This document shows positions 1 to 10,994 of a stretch of 64,000 nt of DNA, piece after piece. How positions within the stretch are numbered: the stretch's first letter is position 1; each line of letters opens with the position of its first letter. Position numbers and translations under genes: made by a program. This DNA comes from Phoronis australis (lineage: Eukaryota; Animalia; Phoronida), in contig NMRA01000013.1 of NCBI GenBank assembly GCA_002633005.1, positions 329,506 through 393,505 on the forward strand. Reading direction: 5' to 3'. The notes beneath the pieces were generated by a model. That model worked only from the letters and a program-made list of their open reading frames with translations, had not been told where the DNA came from and searched no databases.

Positions 1-527
1 CAGTCGGTAAATGCATTAATTTTAGTCTCAGTTCTTCCACGCGTGTTTCTCCCGAGAGGTTAGTACCTAACGTGCAGACGAGCGTTCCAAATTGGAACGC
101 TAAGTCCCGCGTGGCAGCGCTGCACGCGAAACAAGATGGCGGACGACCTTTGGAGACTGACGACGAGAGGTAATCGGACTATAGTGGTACTGTACACAGG
201 CGTCTTCACACAGCTTTCGTCCCCACTGTATAGACATATCGTCGGGATACATATAGTCGTCAGGGTACAATCACAGGCGTCATCAGCTTCTGATCGTCCC
301 CAATACACTACATATAATACTACATTATATGTAGTGTATTGGGGACGATCAGAAGCTGAGGACGCCTGTGGGTCCAGTGGTCATCCGCCATCTTCTTTCA
401 CGTGCAGCCCAGCCACGTGAGCCTTAGCGTTCCAAATCTGGAGTGATCGTCTGCACGTTAGGTACTAACCTCTCGGGAGAAACACGCATGGAAGAACTGA
501 GACGAAAATCTGTGCATTTACCGACTG
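1..527. mobile_element. Palindromic MITE-like element with nested internal hairpin
   Basis: 1-~155 is the reverse complement of ~375-527 (cagtcggtaaatgca ... tgcatttaccgactg). There is an inner near-perfect hairpin at 272-318/324-370. The left end may lie outside the window. A partial related copy is at ~1620-1712. Confidence 0.75.
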
Positions 528-668
528 TTTAATGTTTTTTTTGAAACCACTTAAAAACTTGTAGATTTTACTAATGCACTTTTTGTTCATTTTCAAAAGA
601 TATTTTCGAAATTAAATCTCTTCAGATGGAACAAAAAACAACATAGGGATTGTTTTTTTGGTTCCTAT

Positions 669-1245
669 GTGCCTAGCGCCGGAGCACACAGGTATCACGC
701 AGTGGCATGCGCTTTAGCATCGGATAGTGTAAACTCAGCAGTCATTGTTTAGCTTTACAACACCGTGAAAAAATGGCGGACTGTGAACGATTTTTAGCCT
801 TGTCATGCAAGTAGCTTCGCAGCAGCTATTTCGTTTCTGCAGTGATGTTTTAAAGCCACGTGTTGAAACACATACATGTACAGTATTTAATAACACATAT
901 ATCTAGCGGATTTAACAGTGTGTTATTCATACTGTATGAATACAGGACAGTATCGTTACCAAAAGTCATTGACAATAGAAAGATGCACTCCGAAAAGGCT
1001 CAATCACAATTTCTAGGATTCACATTTCCTGAACACAGATTTTAAGCAACGATTTGTCTGCCCAATAGACCACATTTACACTTCAGTCCATCAGTCATGC
1101 CAGTTAGTTTGCGTAAAGTGCTGCCTGTTGAGAATTCAACTAGCCAATCAGAAATGCCAATGTAAAAAATTTCTCGAGGAAAATTAGGTGATACCTGCGT
1201 GCTGGCTACCGACCACCTAGCAGCACGCAGGGAACCAGCGAGGGG
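669..1245 (+). mobile_element. Dispersed non-autonomous element, copy 1
   Basis: Colinear with the reverse complement of 33362-33811. It has a short inverted repeat cacacaggtatcac (685-698) / gtgatacctgcgtg (1188-1201) and ~150 bp more than the second copy. Confidence 0.7.
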
Positions 1246-1734
1246 ATTGTTTATGCAATTCCTGTTGTCCCAGGCACTAACCGACACCTGTCAGGCCAAA
1301 GGAAAAATGCAGCAGACAAATGCAACATGCTGGGTGCTTAACAGTTTCGGCCCACGCATTGGTCATCAAAATATATGTTTTTTACTGCAAAACAGTTCTA
1401 AACTCAGCATTTATGTTGAAATTTTTGGTGCAGGCATTTTGGATTTATTTGAAGAAAATAAAATTAAAATATTTGAATTTATAGAGAATGGCCACCAATA
1501 AAGTAAAACATTAACTTTATTTCACTATATTGCATTGTTACATACAACAAAGCATGACATAATTAAAATGAAAGAAGAGATTGAGCTACAAATGCAAATG
1601 CAACTTGCCGGTTTTATGCTTAGGCGGACGACCATTAGGTTCCCGAGTGTAGTAAGTATTATATATAGTTTATTGGGGGTGATCAGAAGCGTAGGATGCC
1701 TGTGGTACTGTACTATTGTAGCTATGGTAGGGAC

Positions 1735-2046
1735 TAGACAATGACCATCGTCTCTGCTGGCGCACGTTGTTATAAATACTCTTCGCACATAGAGCATTAG
1801 AGGGACACCTTAGGAGGTAGTGGATGTATTTAATTCCTTCCAACTCGAACAAATACTCTCCTTATCAAAGTTTTTCTTCGAGCAGTCCCTCGTTCAGTTC
1901 CTAAAATCGGTAACTCGCCATTTTTAGCACTGCACCCAGCAGGTACTAGTAGCATGATGTATGTATCCCCTACTAAACGCAGTGTAAAAATGGCGAGTTA
2001 CCGAGTTTGGGAACTGCGCCAGCACAGACAATGGTTATTGTCTATG
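1735..2046. mobile_element. P-element-like MITE
   Basis: ~30-bp TIR tagacaatgaccatcgtctctgctggcgca / tgcgccagcacagacaatggttattgtctatg. The 8-bp direct repeat GTAGGGAC flanks it at 1727-1734 and 2047-2054. Internal hairpin at 1895-2016. Confidence 0.65.
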
Positions 2047-2774
2047 GTAGGGACGTGTCAAACTCTCACTACTGATTGGCTTTTCCCTGATGTTGCATAA
2101 ATATACATTATTACATGGCAAAGTCGTTAACCCCAGTAATCTAGAGCCTGAGTGGATTTTGGAGAATTATCGCGAGGGCTCTAGATAAGGGGGATAATGA
2201 CTTAGAACATGTAATAATCTATTATACCACATACTGAATAATAAAAATTGCAATGAATCGATCTACAATGTACCTTTCTCGACTTGCCGCGACTTTTGTA
2301 ACTTTCTATGTCAGAGGCTTGGGGTAGGAGGTCGTGACCTTTTAAGAAATGCCGAGTTATTCTTATTGAAATAATGTTCTTACTTAAAAACCAAATAAAA
2401 ATTGAAACAAAATAGAAATAAAGTGAACCTGTAAAATAATTTTTAAGCAACTGATTTAGCTTACTACACATCTGAGCATGCTAAGCTTCCACTGTGAAAA
2501 TATCATCTGCTAAAGTAGGTTACCACTGGTTACCGAGTATAATGTCCAAGTCAAAGGTTCCCGACACGTTACCTGCATTTAAACTGGAGATTGATGATTT
2601 ACAAGTGAGAGAAAATGACAGATAAATTTTACTGAATTAAAGATGTCATTTTTATTGAAATTTTGCATCTTCTTTTTCATTGCGTATAAGTGTCGGTACG
2701 ATGTCGTTTGTTGAACATGCGATTATTGCGCGTGCTCATTTCAGTATTTTATTTTCACGTTTGATGACGTGAGC

Positions 2775-2842
2775 TGCTAAGTGGCGCAGCGGTTAAGTCG
2801 ATGACTCAAAATTCATGGGTTGCGGGTTCAAAACCAGCCTCG
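2775..2842 (+). pseudogene. tRNA-like sequence / SINE head with Pol III A and B boxes
   Basis: A box TGGCGCAGCGG (2782-2792) and B box GGTTCAAAACC (2825-2835). Acceptor and anticodon stems pair poorly, so it is not an intact tRNA. Confidence 0.5.
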
Positions 2843-3966
2843 ATTTCCCACCAAAGTGCTATTCAACGCGTGTTGAATAACTAAATGGGTTATTTAACAG
2901 TTGTATTGGCCATGTCAGTCTGATAATGTGGTATAATGGCGATTATCGATTGGACAGCCATTGTTTCACAGTGGCTATGGTATTTCCACTCCTCCAGAAA
3001 TTAGGGAAACAGGGAACCGCATTATTGATGACGTAGACCGTAAATTCTTCTAGGCATACGTCATTTTCTTTGTTTGAGTTTTTAATCTTGTTGAAGCATG
3101 TGACTGGTGAGAAGTTGGAGAAATTTTCGCTCCTGTTTGACTGCTTGTATTTTGTAAGGTAAGACATTTTTCATATAAAATGACCTCTTTTTTCTCTTTT
3201 TATATCTCTTGCTCACCAAATTTCATTTAAATCAATTCACCGTATCATGGTCTGCTAAATCTGTGTGAAAGTTAAGACCAAAGCAGGCTGACCAGCCATA
3301 ACAGTCCATAGGCTCGCGCTAGACTTTTAAAAGTATTTCCAACATGGCTAAAGCATCTGAAAACTTTTACCCATTTTCAAAAATTATTAGTCGAATACTT
3401 TCTCTTTCCCAACCTTGCAATTGATAAAAACACAGTTACACGGACCAAACTTTTTATTTTTCATGTTTTATGTACGAGTTTTTTCATAAGTGTGTTAATA
3501 GTAAAAGAATTTTGCCTTAAGAAAAAAAAATGATCAACATTCCAAGGTTATATTGGAGGGGATGTCAGCCAACATGGGTTAAATTATGACCTAAAACGTT
3601 TGCACAGGGTTCTCTCTATACCAGAGTTACTGGGTGTGTATGTGGGCATTTAAATGATGTTGATCTTAAAAATAATTGTGCTGGAATTCCCCCCTATCCC
3701 TGGGTTAGGGCGGTTGAAGGCCAATCACATGGGCACTTCATTGATGTTAACCTAAAAAAGTTGTGCAGGCTAACATGGACATTTTGATGAGCAATGCATT
3801 TAGGTCCAAGAATGTAAACATAACTTGTGACTTGCAAAATAAAACCTGAATCATGCAGATTATTGAATATAAAACTCATTAAGTAACAAACTGACATTTA
3901 CTTTACCTTGCTTTCTTTCGGCCGCCACCGAAATGCAAATGCATCCCAGTCTCTCAGTAACTTTTT

Positions 3967-4269
3967 CAGGGCCCTCAATGCCTTGATTTTGGGGTTGAAT
4001 ATTGACCCCATTCCATCCAAAAAATATTGTAAAATCACGCGAAATACCCCTCATGAGGCCCACCCAAAGTTTCGAATAATTTTTTACTTCCACATGTCAC
4101 AAGAGCTTAAAATGCTACTTTTGGCTTTTTGAGGCAGATCCCATGAGGATTTGCAACAGAGTGCCTGGTGCTATTGATGGTGATCGGGAGGTAGAATTTT
4201 CCATTTGCCCCAAAAAATTCCCCTCATAGAAGGTGCAGGTACCTTTCCTCTCGGATAATAGAGGGCCCT
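3967..4269 (+). mobile_element. CAGGG-terminal non-autonomous DNA element, copy 1
   Basis: Ends cagggccctc ... gagggccct. Internal blocks (aaaatcacgcgaaat; ggtgctattgatggtgatcgggaggt) recur in the same order at 54600-55241. Confidence 0.6.
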
Positions 4270-5630
4270 TTTTTACACTTGCGACATTTAGAGGGCTGAC
4301 TATTTTGATTTAAAAATAGAAAATAAACTTGTTATTCACGGTGTCGTGTGTTCCTTTTACTCCTTGTCGAATCCCAAACAATATTTGACACAACAAATTA
4401 TGTGCTGAAATTTGGTAATTTGTAATATTTGTGTAATATAAGAATAATAAGTTTAAAGCTTGAGTTCATATTTCGTGTCACATGCAGACGACAAATGGGA
4501 GCTCGCTGTGAAGCGACAAATTGCCATTACCAAGAGCGCTTACCCCCCTCCCCTCCGCTTCTGAGTTGAACATTTCATCTCGGTAACAGCGTGATTTCAG
4601 TAGGAGTGATGGACATGAAATGAAACATTTGCTTGCTATTTTTAGGACTCAAATCGAAGTAAGACTATCATTTGCGGCGCGACTTGATTCGAGCTGACTG
4701 TGAATCGACAGGCGAGTAGGTTTCCCGAAATTAATTTTTAATGTCATGTTGCGAAAGCATTCACCAAGTTGGCGAATGGACTTAGCTCTACCATCGCCAG
4801 TGCCGCTCAGAATTAACCAATGGCGACTGGCTAGCTGGAGCCTAGAGACCAGTTTCAGTATGGCAGTTTATGGTTAACAATTGGCCTTAAATTAGGTACA
4901 TTGACTAGTTTATGTAGATTAATAGCAGAATTGATCAATTTGGATGATATTCCATACCTTTTCATTTGTATTTTTGTTAATCGATGACTTTGTAAGGCTC
5001 ATTATACAGTGTAGGTAATCTTTGTTGGGCAAATTTTGGTCACCTGACCAAATCCTAGAGATTTGATTGGGTCAAAACCTGAATTTCTTGATATTAAGAA
5101 TGCAGCTTTTGGCTAGGTTTTCCTCACAATATTACCATGTTTTATCATAGGATTTTTCATGAAATAAACCCACAGTTTGTCAATTCGTTATGACAGTAGT
5201 GTTTTTGTAAATTTTTTCATTGAATAACATGTAATGACTTTCTACTCAAACATGTTAAACATTTCTTCAGTAATTGGGACAAGAATAGTTGCTGATATTG
5301 CCATTCTTTCCAAAGTTAACTTTGTTGCTAGTGCTTGGAAATCATTGAGTGGGTACAACAAAGTAAACATCGATTCCTTTGCCTTCATGAGGTATTTGAC
5401 AAAATATTATTCCACTTGCCTGACACTTATGAAGGAAAGGAACTGTTTAATTTTTTGAATAATGATAAATGCATTTTGTGAACACTAAACACCTCATCAA
5501 AAATGTTAATTTTCCTGTTTTGTGTTCCTCATTTAATTAGAATGTTTTTTCACTGTGTTGCACACCAGTGAAAAAATTTCAAACTTCAGTTTGAGGGGTT
5601 TGTAGTGAGTGTTTAATTATAGTTACACGT

Positions 5631-5770
5631 GGGCGGCGCACCAAAGGGGTCTGCGGGGCTATAGCCCCCCACTTTTTTCAGTGCTACGCCGCACATGGTC
5701 AAGGGCGGTGCACCACAGGGGGGCTGAGGGGCTTTAGCCCCCCACCTTTTTCAGTGCTGCACTGCTCATA
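5631..5770. repeat. Two tandem copies of a ~73-bp GC-rich mini-element
   Basis: gggcgg[c/t]gcacca ... tagcccccca ... ttttcagtgct occurs twice. A related inverted copy is at 42541-42611. Confidence 0.55.
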
Positions 5771-5862
5771 GTACTGGACAAGGCAGTCAAAATCATTTTT
5801 CTACAACAAATATATTATGACACTGTTAATTTTCTTACATGTCTCTCTTTTATGTTTTCAGA

Positions 5863-6608
5863 ATGCCTCCAAAAAAAAGAAGAAAGTTGTCAGCTCCATC
5901 TCAACCTGGCAAAGCGAGACAGTTCCTTCAAGAGAACTTCAGCTCTGTTCCCACTGAAAACATGAAGAATGGTCATGCCCTCTATATATTCCTGCAGTGC
6001 AACAAGTCAATGACAGAGACAGTGTCAACTTTAAAAAGCGAACTTATTGGTGATTGGAAAATTACTACAAACAACATAACGTCGCTGGTGAATAGGTCAC
6101 TAAAGAAGTATCAATCACTTACAAATGAAAGAAGCATGTCCCGATTTAAAGAAGTGTGCGAAGAGTTGTTTCCTCTTGTTCCTGAACCCAGTGAAGAACC
6201 TGTGTCTTGCGAGGTTGCTGACCATCATCATGAACCTGTATCTCCTGAGCTGACACAACCAGAGCTTGAAGCTGGCCCTTCAGCTGAATCAGAGCCATCC
6301 ACCTCTACAAGATCCTCTAAGCGAAAAGCCCTAACACCTACGGAACAAAAACTAAAGAGACGGCTACAGTATGTTGCAAAAGAAAGGTCTGCTGAAAAGC
6401 TTAAGTATAAGAAAATCATTCGTGATCTCAAATCTTCACTGAAGTCTACAAAAGCATGTCAGATCAAGCATTTGACACAACAGATAAAGCGCCAGAAAGT
6501 TATCATTGAACAAAAGAAACAAGTAATCCATGAAATACGACAAAGTCAGTGTGGGAAACTTCAGGATGAATTGGCAAGGCTGAGAAATACTCACCGTAAA
6601 ATGAAGAG
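5863..6608 (+). CDS. Orphan NLS/coiled-coil protein, exon 1 (possibly transposon-derived)
   Basis: Acceptor tttcag at 5856-5861, then ATG at 5863 (MPPKKRRKL). 248 open codons follow, ending at donor AG|GTTTGT at 6609 (phase 2). Confidence 0.6.
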
Positions 6609-6654
6609 GTTTGTACATGTTTTTATGAGTAAAATGTATACTTTGATTGTTTAA

Positions 6655-7490
6655 GGGCTGTTCCAGTAAAATCCGTGTGGGAGGGGGGGGGGACCCGCAG
6701 TAGAAATAAAAATTCATGGGTGGTGGTCTTCAGGAAAAAACTCAAATTATGGTGGCCGTTCCTGTAAGAAGTGATGCATTAAAAATGGGTGTTATTTTTT
6801 TACCTGTTTATGTTGACAGGTTGGTTACTTCAGCCGTCAAAACTCAACAAAATGCAATTGGCATATATTCTAACTTATCCCAATACAAAAACGCCCATAT
6901 TGCCAGTGAACAGAGTACAATATGTTCACTAAGCCATTAATCAAGTCATGGGCAACTTGATATGAGCCAACTATTTGTCTGCAGTCCTATTGAACTGAAA
7001 AGTTATGCAACACTAAACTGGTGTTAACACATATAAGAAAATTAATGATTTTTAAATAAAAAGTATGAGTCCTCATACTCCTGAGTAAGATAAACAAGTT
7101 CCAATATTCATTTGACATAGAAGTATTTATAAAAGAGTTCGTGGAGACAGTTTGAGATTCATAGATCCTTATAAATGAAAAAATGTTCATTGAAATTATA
7201 GACACATGGTGAACAGAGACACCTGGTGGCTGCCAAAAGTATTGCTCACAGGCTACTTTAGTTTTTGACAATAAATAGTGGACAACTAGTTCTTGTCTGT
7301 CAATCATCTAAGTTCTTAACAGGTCCTCCTTGAGGCAATTTGTTTGCAAGTGTTGGATTTTATATTTTAACCTATCAAAAATAATTAAAAATTATAGGTC
7401 ATGGGTTGGAGAAATAAATGAAAAATATGGGCGGTGGGTACGAAATAAAAGTGCCTTCCCCCTCCCATACAGATTTTGCTGGAACAGCCC
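6655..7490. mobile_element. PIF/Harbinger-type MITE in the intron of the orphan gene
   Basis: TIR gggctgttccagtaaaatccgtgtgggagggg / cccctcccatacagattttgctggaacagccc with a TAA target-site duplication (6652-6654, 7491-7493). Confidence 0.8.
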
Positions 7491-7669
7491 TAAGCAAAAT
7501 TAAGTGAACTTTGCTTAAGCATATCTGGTAATGATACATAAGAAAACCAGGGTTAGTGCTTATCTCTAACAACTCCTTAAAAGTCTCTCATTCAAAAGTG
7601 CTCTTGATTATTTATGTTAAAATGTGATTACGAAAAGAACTTATCAAAGACAATAAACATTTATTTCAG

Positions 7670-7853
7670 GTATTACAAATTAAGGGACCAACGCTTAAAA
7701 AGTCACACTCCTGATCCATCACTCAGGGCAAAGGACCAGCACATCGTTGAACTCCAGCAGAGAAATGAGCGGCTCCAAGAGAAAGTTGAAGAATTAGAAA
7801 ACATAGTCAGAGCTCAGAAAGAAAGTGATGCTGCGGCCCCCTTTCCGGAATAA
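7670..7853 (+). CDS. Orphan NLS/coiled-coil protein, exon 2
   Basis: Acceptor tttcag|G is phase-compatible with exon 1 (AG+G=Arg). Heptad-like IVELQQRNERLQEKVEELENIV. Stop TAA at 7851-7853. Confidence 0.55.
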
Positions 7854-8330
7854 AAGGCATATCCCACTAAGACTTATGTTCTACAGAGTTGGTGTTTACG
7901 TGGACACACAAACTGGGTGCACTCTCCGACCAACTTGTAGGGGAGTCCCTATCCACCATTTTGGAATTTTTTTGTTTTCTGAAAAATGTTTCTTACTAAG
8001 TAAATGCAAGGTTTGTCGTATCCTGAAAATTCCATGCTGTTTTTAAAAGTATTAAGAAAGTTATTGTGAAAAAACTAATTTTGGGTCACATAAAGGGTCC
8101 TTTATTCCCATGTATTTAGTGGACTAAAATAAAGGGCTAATTATCGCTCTTCAAATGTTTATAAAGACAACGACTTATCAATTTTGTTGATTTTTTGTTT
8201 TGATTTGTGTTTGATGTTCTTTTAAATCAGTGCATTTTTAAATATTAAATAGTTGATTGAATGTTTTTGTCATGTCCCTGCCATATCATATGTTTCTGAA
8301 TTGTTTTGGTTTGAAAATCTGTAATACCGA

Positions 8331-8390
8331 TAGACTGTGACCACCGTCTCTACTTAAACAACACCAGCAAGAGATGGTGGTCACCGTCTA
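8331..8390. repeat. 60-nt hairpin, TIR-only relative of the 1735-2046 MITE
   Basis: 21-bp stem tagactgtgaccaccgtctct / agagatggtggtcaccgtcta with an 18-nt loop. The arm resembles tagacaatgaccatcgtctct. Confidence 0.55.
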
Positions 8391-10865
8391 GAATTCAGAG
8401 CGTATTTGTGTTGCGTGGTCCACACACGTTGTGCTTCACAGCAAAAACATTTTTAGTTTGCATGAATCAATATATTAATTTATTTAAAAGTCTCAGTTTT
8501 CATGGGTAAAGGTCTAAAACCATGGTTCTAGCCTTTGTTGTTCATCCAAAAATGATAACTGTTGGACCAGTTGTGATGGTGTATATTGAGATCGATCATC
8601 AGGAATGTTACGCAGTTGAAGAATTTGCTGTAATCTACGAGATCCAGAAGTAGCCCCCCCCCCTTTTCAGAGCACTTCTTCAGCATGAAATTTTTACTCC
8701 AATAAGCCCTCCAGACGAGAAGAAATTGAAAACGACTTTGTTAATCTTTATGGAGTCTACATAGCAAGTCAGCTAGTAGACAGTAAAGCTGTCTCAACTG
8801 GTCCTAGAGGTGGTTGTTATCCCATAGGTTGGAGCAGCTCACTAGTCTTAAGGTGCACTAGTCTGGAGGTCTACCAATAAGGCGGAAGTAAGCCATAAAA
8901 CATAATGCAACTTTTGTCTGTATCTTACTAAATCACTCATGTGCCCAAAAGCCATCACATACATCAAGTTAATTGGGCTGCACTAAAGATACCTTGATTT
9001 TAGATTTTTGGCAAACAGCAAAATTCAAACTTTGTGACCCAAGCTTTTGCAAGTTTAATGAACCATAATTTGCGAACAACAATAATATTGCTCTCTATGT
9101 TTTCATGTAACAAAAGCTTCTGGTAAGAGTTAAGCCCAAAGCATTGCTTCAATGTCGTACGAATGCGAATGCAGTTCCTAAACTTTATTTTGAAATGTTT
9201 AGAGATTGTTTTTCACATCCATTCACTGACACATGGAAGAATCATGTACAGAGAAACATGCACACCTTTGGACTAGTGCACTTTCGGACTAGTGCACATT
9301 CGTAATACGGCATATAACTGGACTATGTCATATATCCCCATAGACCCTCCATACGATTAAATCTTTTCGATGAATTATGCCTTGCGCTGATTAAACCATC
9401 AGTCATTTTACTCTTATCTTTTGTTATCTTTTGCGCACTCACTGTGCATGCTGATTGTCTGCCGAGGCTGGTCCTGCTTTTTTATGGAATGATTCCCGTT
9501 CGCCATTCGAGTCTTGTGTCTGTCTGCCTCTTAAACGGTACAGGCATGCCCTCAACAGGTTGCAGATTTTAGCAACACTCCAGCATGAAAAGAATTCTAT
9601 GTCGACAACAATCGAGATTGGGCAACTGGCTCGGTTTGTGTAGATTGTGTACCACGAAGTATGCTGCAATGATTGAGACACCATGCAGTTGTGGACCAAC
9701 CACATTGCTTCTGCACTCCCCAGATCCAAAAGTACTTTTTGAATTTATGTTTTGAAAGTTTTTAAACGGCATTGTTTGAATAGTTCGTCAAAAGTATACG
9801 TGGGCACTGGTAACAAGAAATGCGGCTTTTACAACCTAAAACTTTTGTGCAGTGTTGCCAGTTTTCTGATTTTCATTAATTTTACTTTTTGTGCGACATA
9901 ATTGGGTCAATAACCAAACCAGCAAGCAACAGTGGGGTTTTAGGTAAGCCAAGCGTAGTCGTACAGTTCTTTGCCAAGGCCTAACATGCTGTAATGTGCC
10001 CTTAATTTGTGTGACTGTCCTGGAATTTGTCCCCTGTAATGTCCTTGTGTTCTGATTCCACCACTGCCAGGCCATTACAATCTCCATTCACTATTTATAC
10101 ATGTATGTACAAGACCTACATCCCAATATTTCAAGGGTCTTGCTGTTGGGGCACCCGGCCAATGAAGAAAATTCCACTGGTATTGAGTTTTGAACCTGTC
10201 TAGCAATTAAGTCTAGATCAGCCACTCGACTAGTCTTTGCCCAAAGGTCTAAAGCCAAAGTTCTGGTCTTTGTAGTTTTCTCAAAAATGAAAAATGTGGA
10301 TAGGTTTCATGACAGTTCTGTGGAGTATAGTGTGAGTGATTGTCACAAATGGTATTCAGTAGAACTTTGTTTGAATGATGTCGTTTTGAGTAAAAGAAGT
10401 CATAGCAATTTAGCCTCTGCTCTGTTACGTTTTGATCTGAAAGTTCCATTATTTTCAGATCACAGCCTTGCTTAGCAAGAAATGTTTGAGCTGCACTAAA
10501 CAATTGAGTGGAAATTGGAAAACATGTTTGGTGTTGGTGTATCTGTGTTTCTGGCATATTTTCTGAAATCTACAGTGCAAGCAGCATTCGCAATTCCTGT
10601 CTCTCCCTCTATTAAACTTGTGATCTTGAGAGAAAATACTAAAATTGCTATTTTTTTGATGTCCTATTTTTTTCAGTGGACGTAGCAAGGTAAAAATACA
10701 CAGTTTTGATGAATTACTTCATCTTTTAGAAGTCTCCATTGAGTGTAATGTTCATGATTGTTCTTTCAGGTGTCTTGACTTGAGACAGGGCAGAAACATT
10801 GGACTTTTGGTGAACCAGACTATTGATTAAGTCAGCCACTTGATCTGTGGTTTTTGCTCAAAGAT

Positions 10866-10994
10866 ATGGTAGATGATGTTCTGGTCAAAGATGTTCACAA
10901 ATTCATTGAATTACCTGCAAATTGTGAGAAAGCACTCTTTGTCCGTGGAAGCTATGATTACTACCATTATGGATGCGATGGCATGAATGATGTG
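10866..10994 (+). CDS. UFSP1: UFSP1 coding exon 1 (missed by the ORF track)
   Basis: [43 protein letters not shown], then donor GTGAGC. Upstream acceptor at 10768-10769; in-frame stop at 10824. Confidence 0.88.

Noticed and set aside
2775-2842. Functional tRNA (Leu-CAA or Sec-TCA)
   Set aside because: Acceptor and anticodon stems do not pair, and there is no long variable arm.
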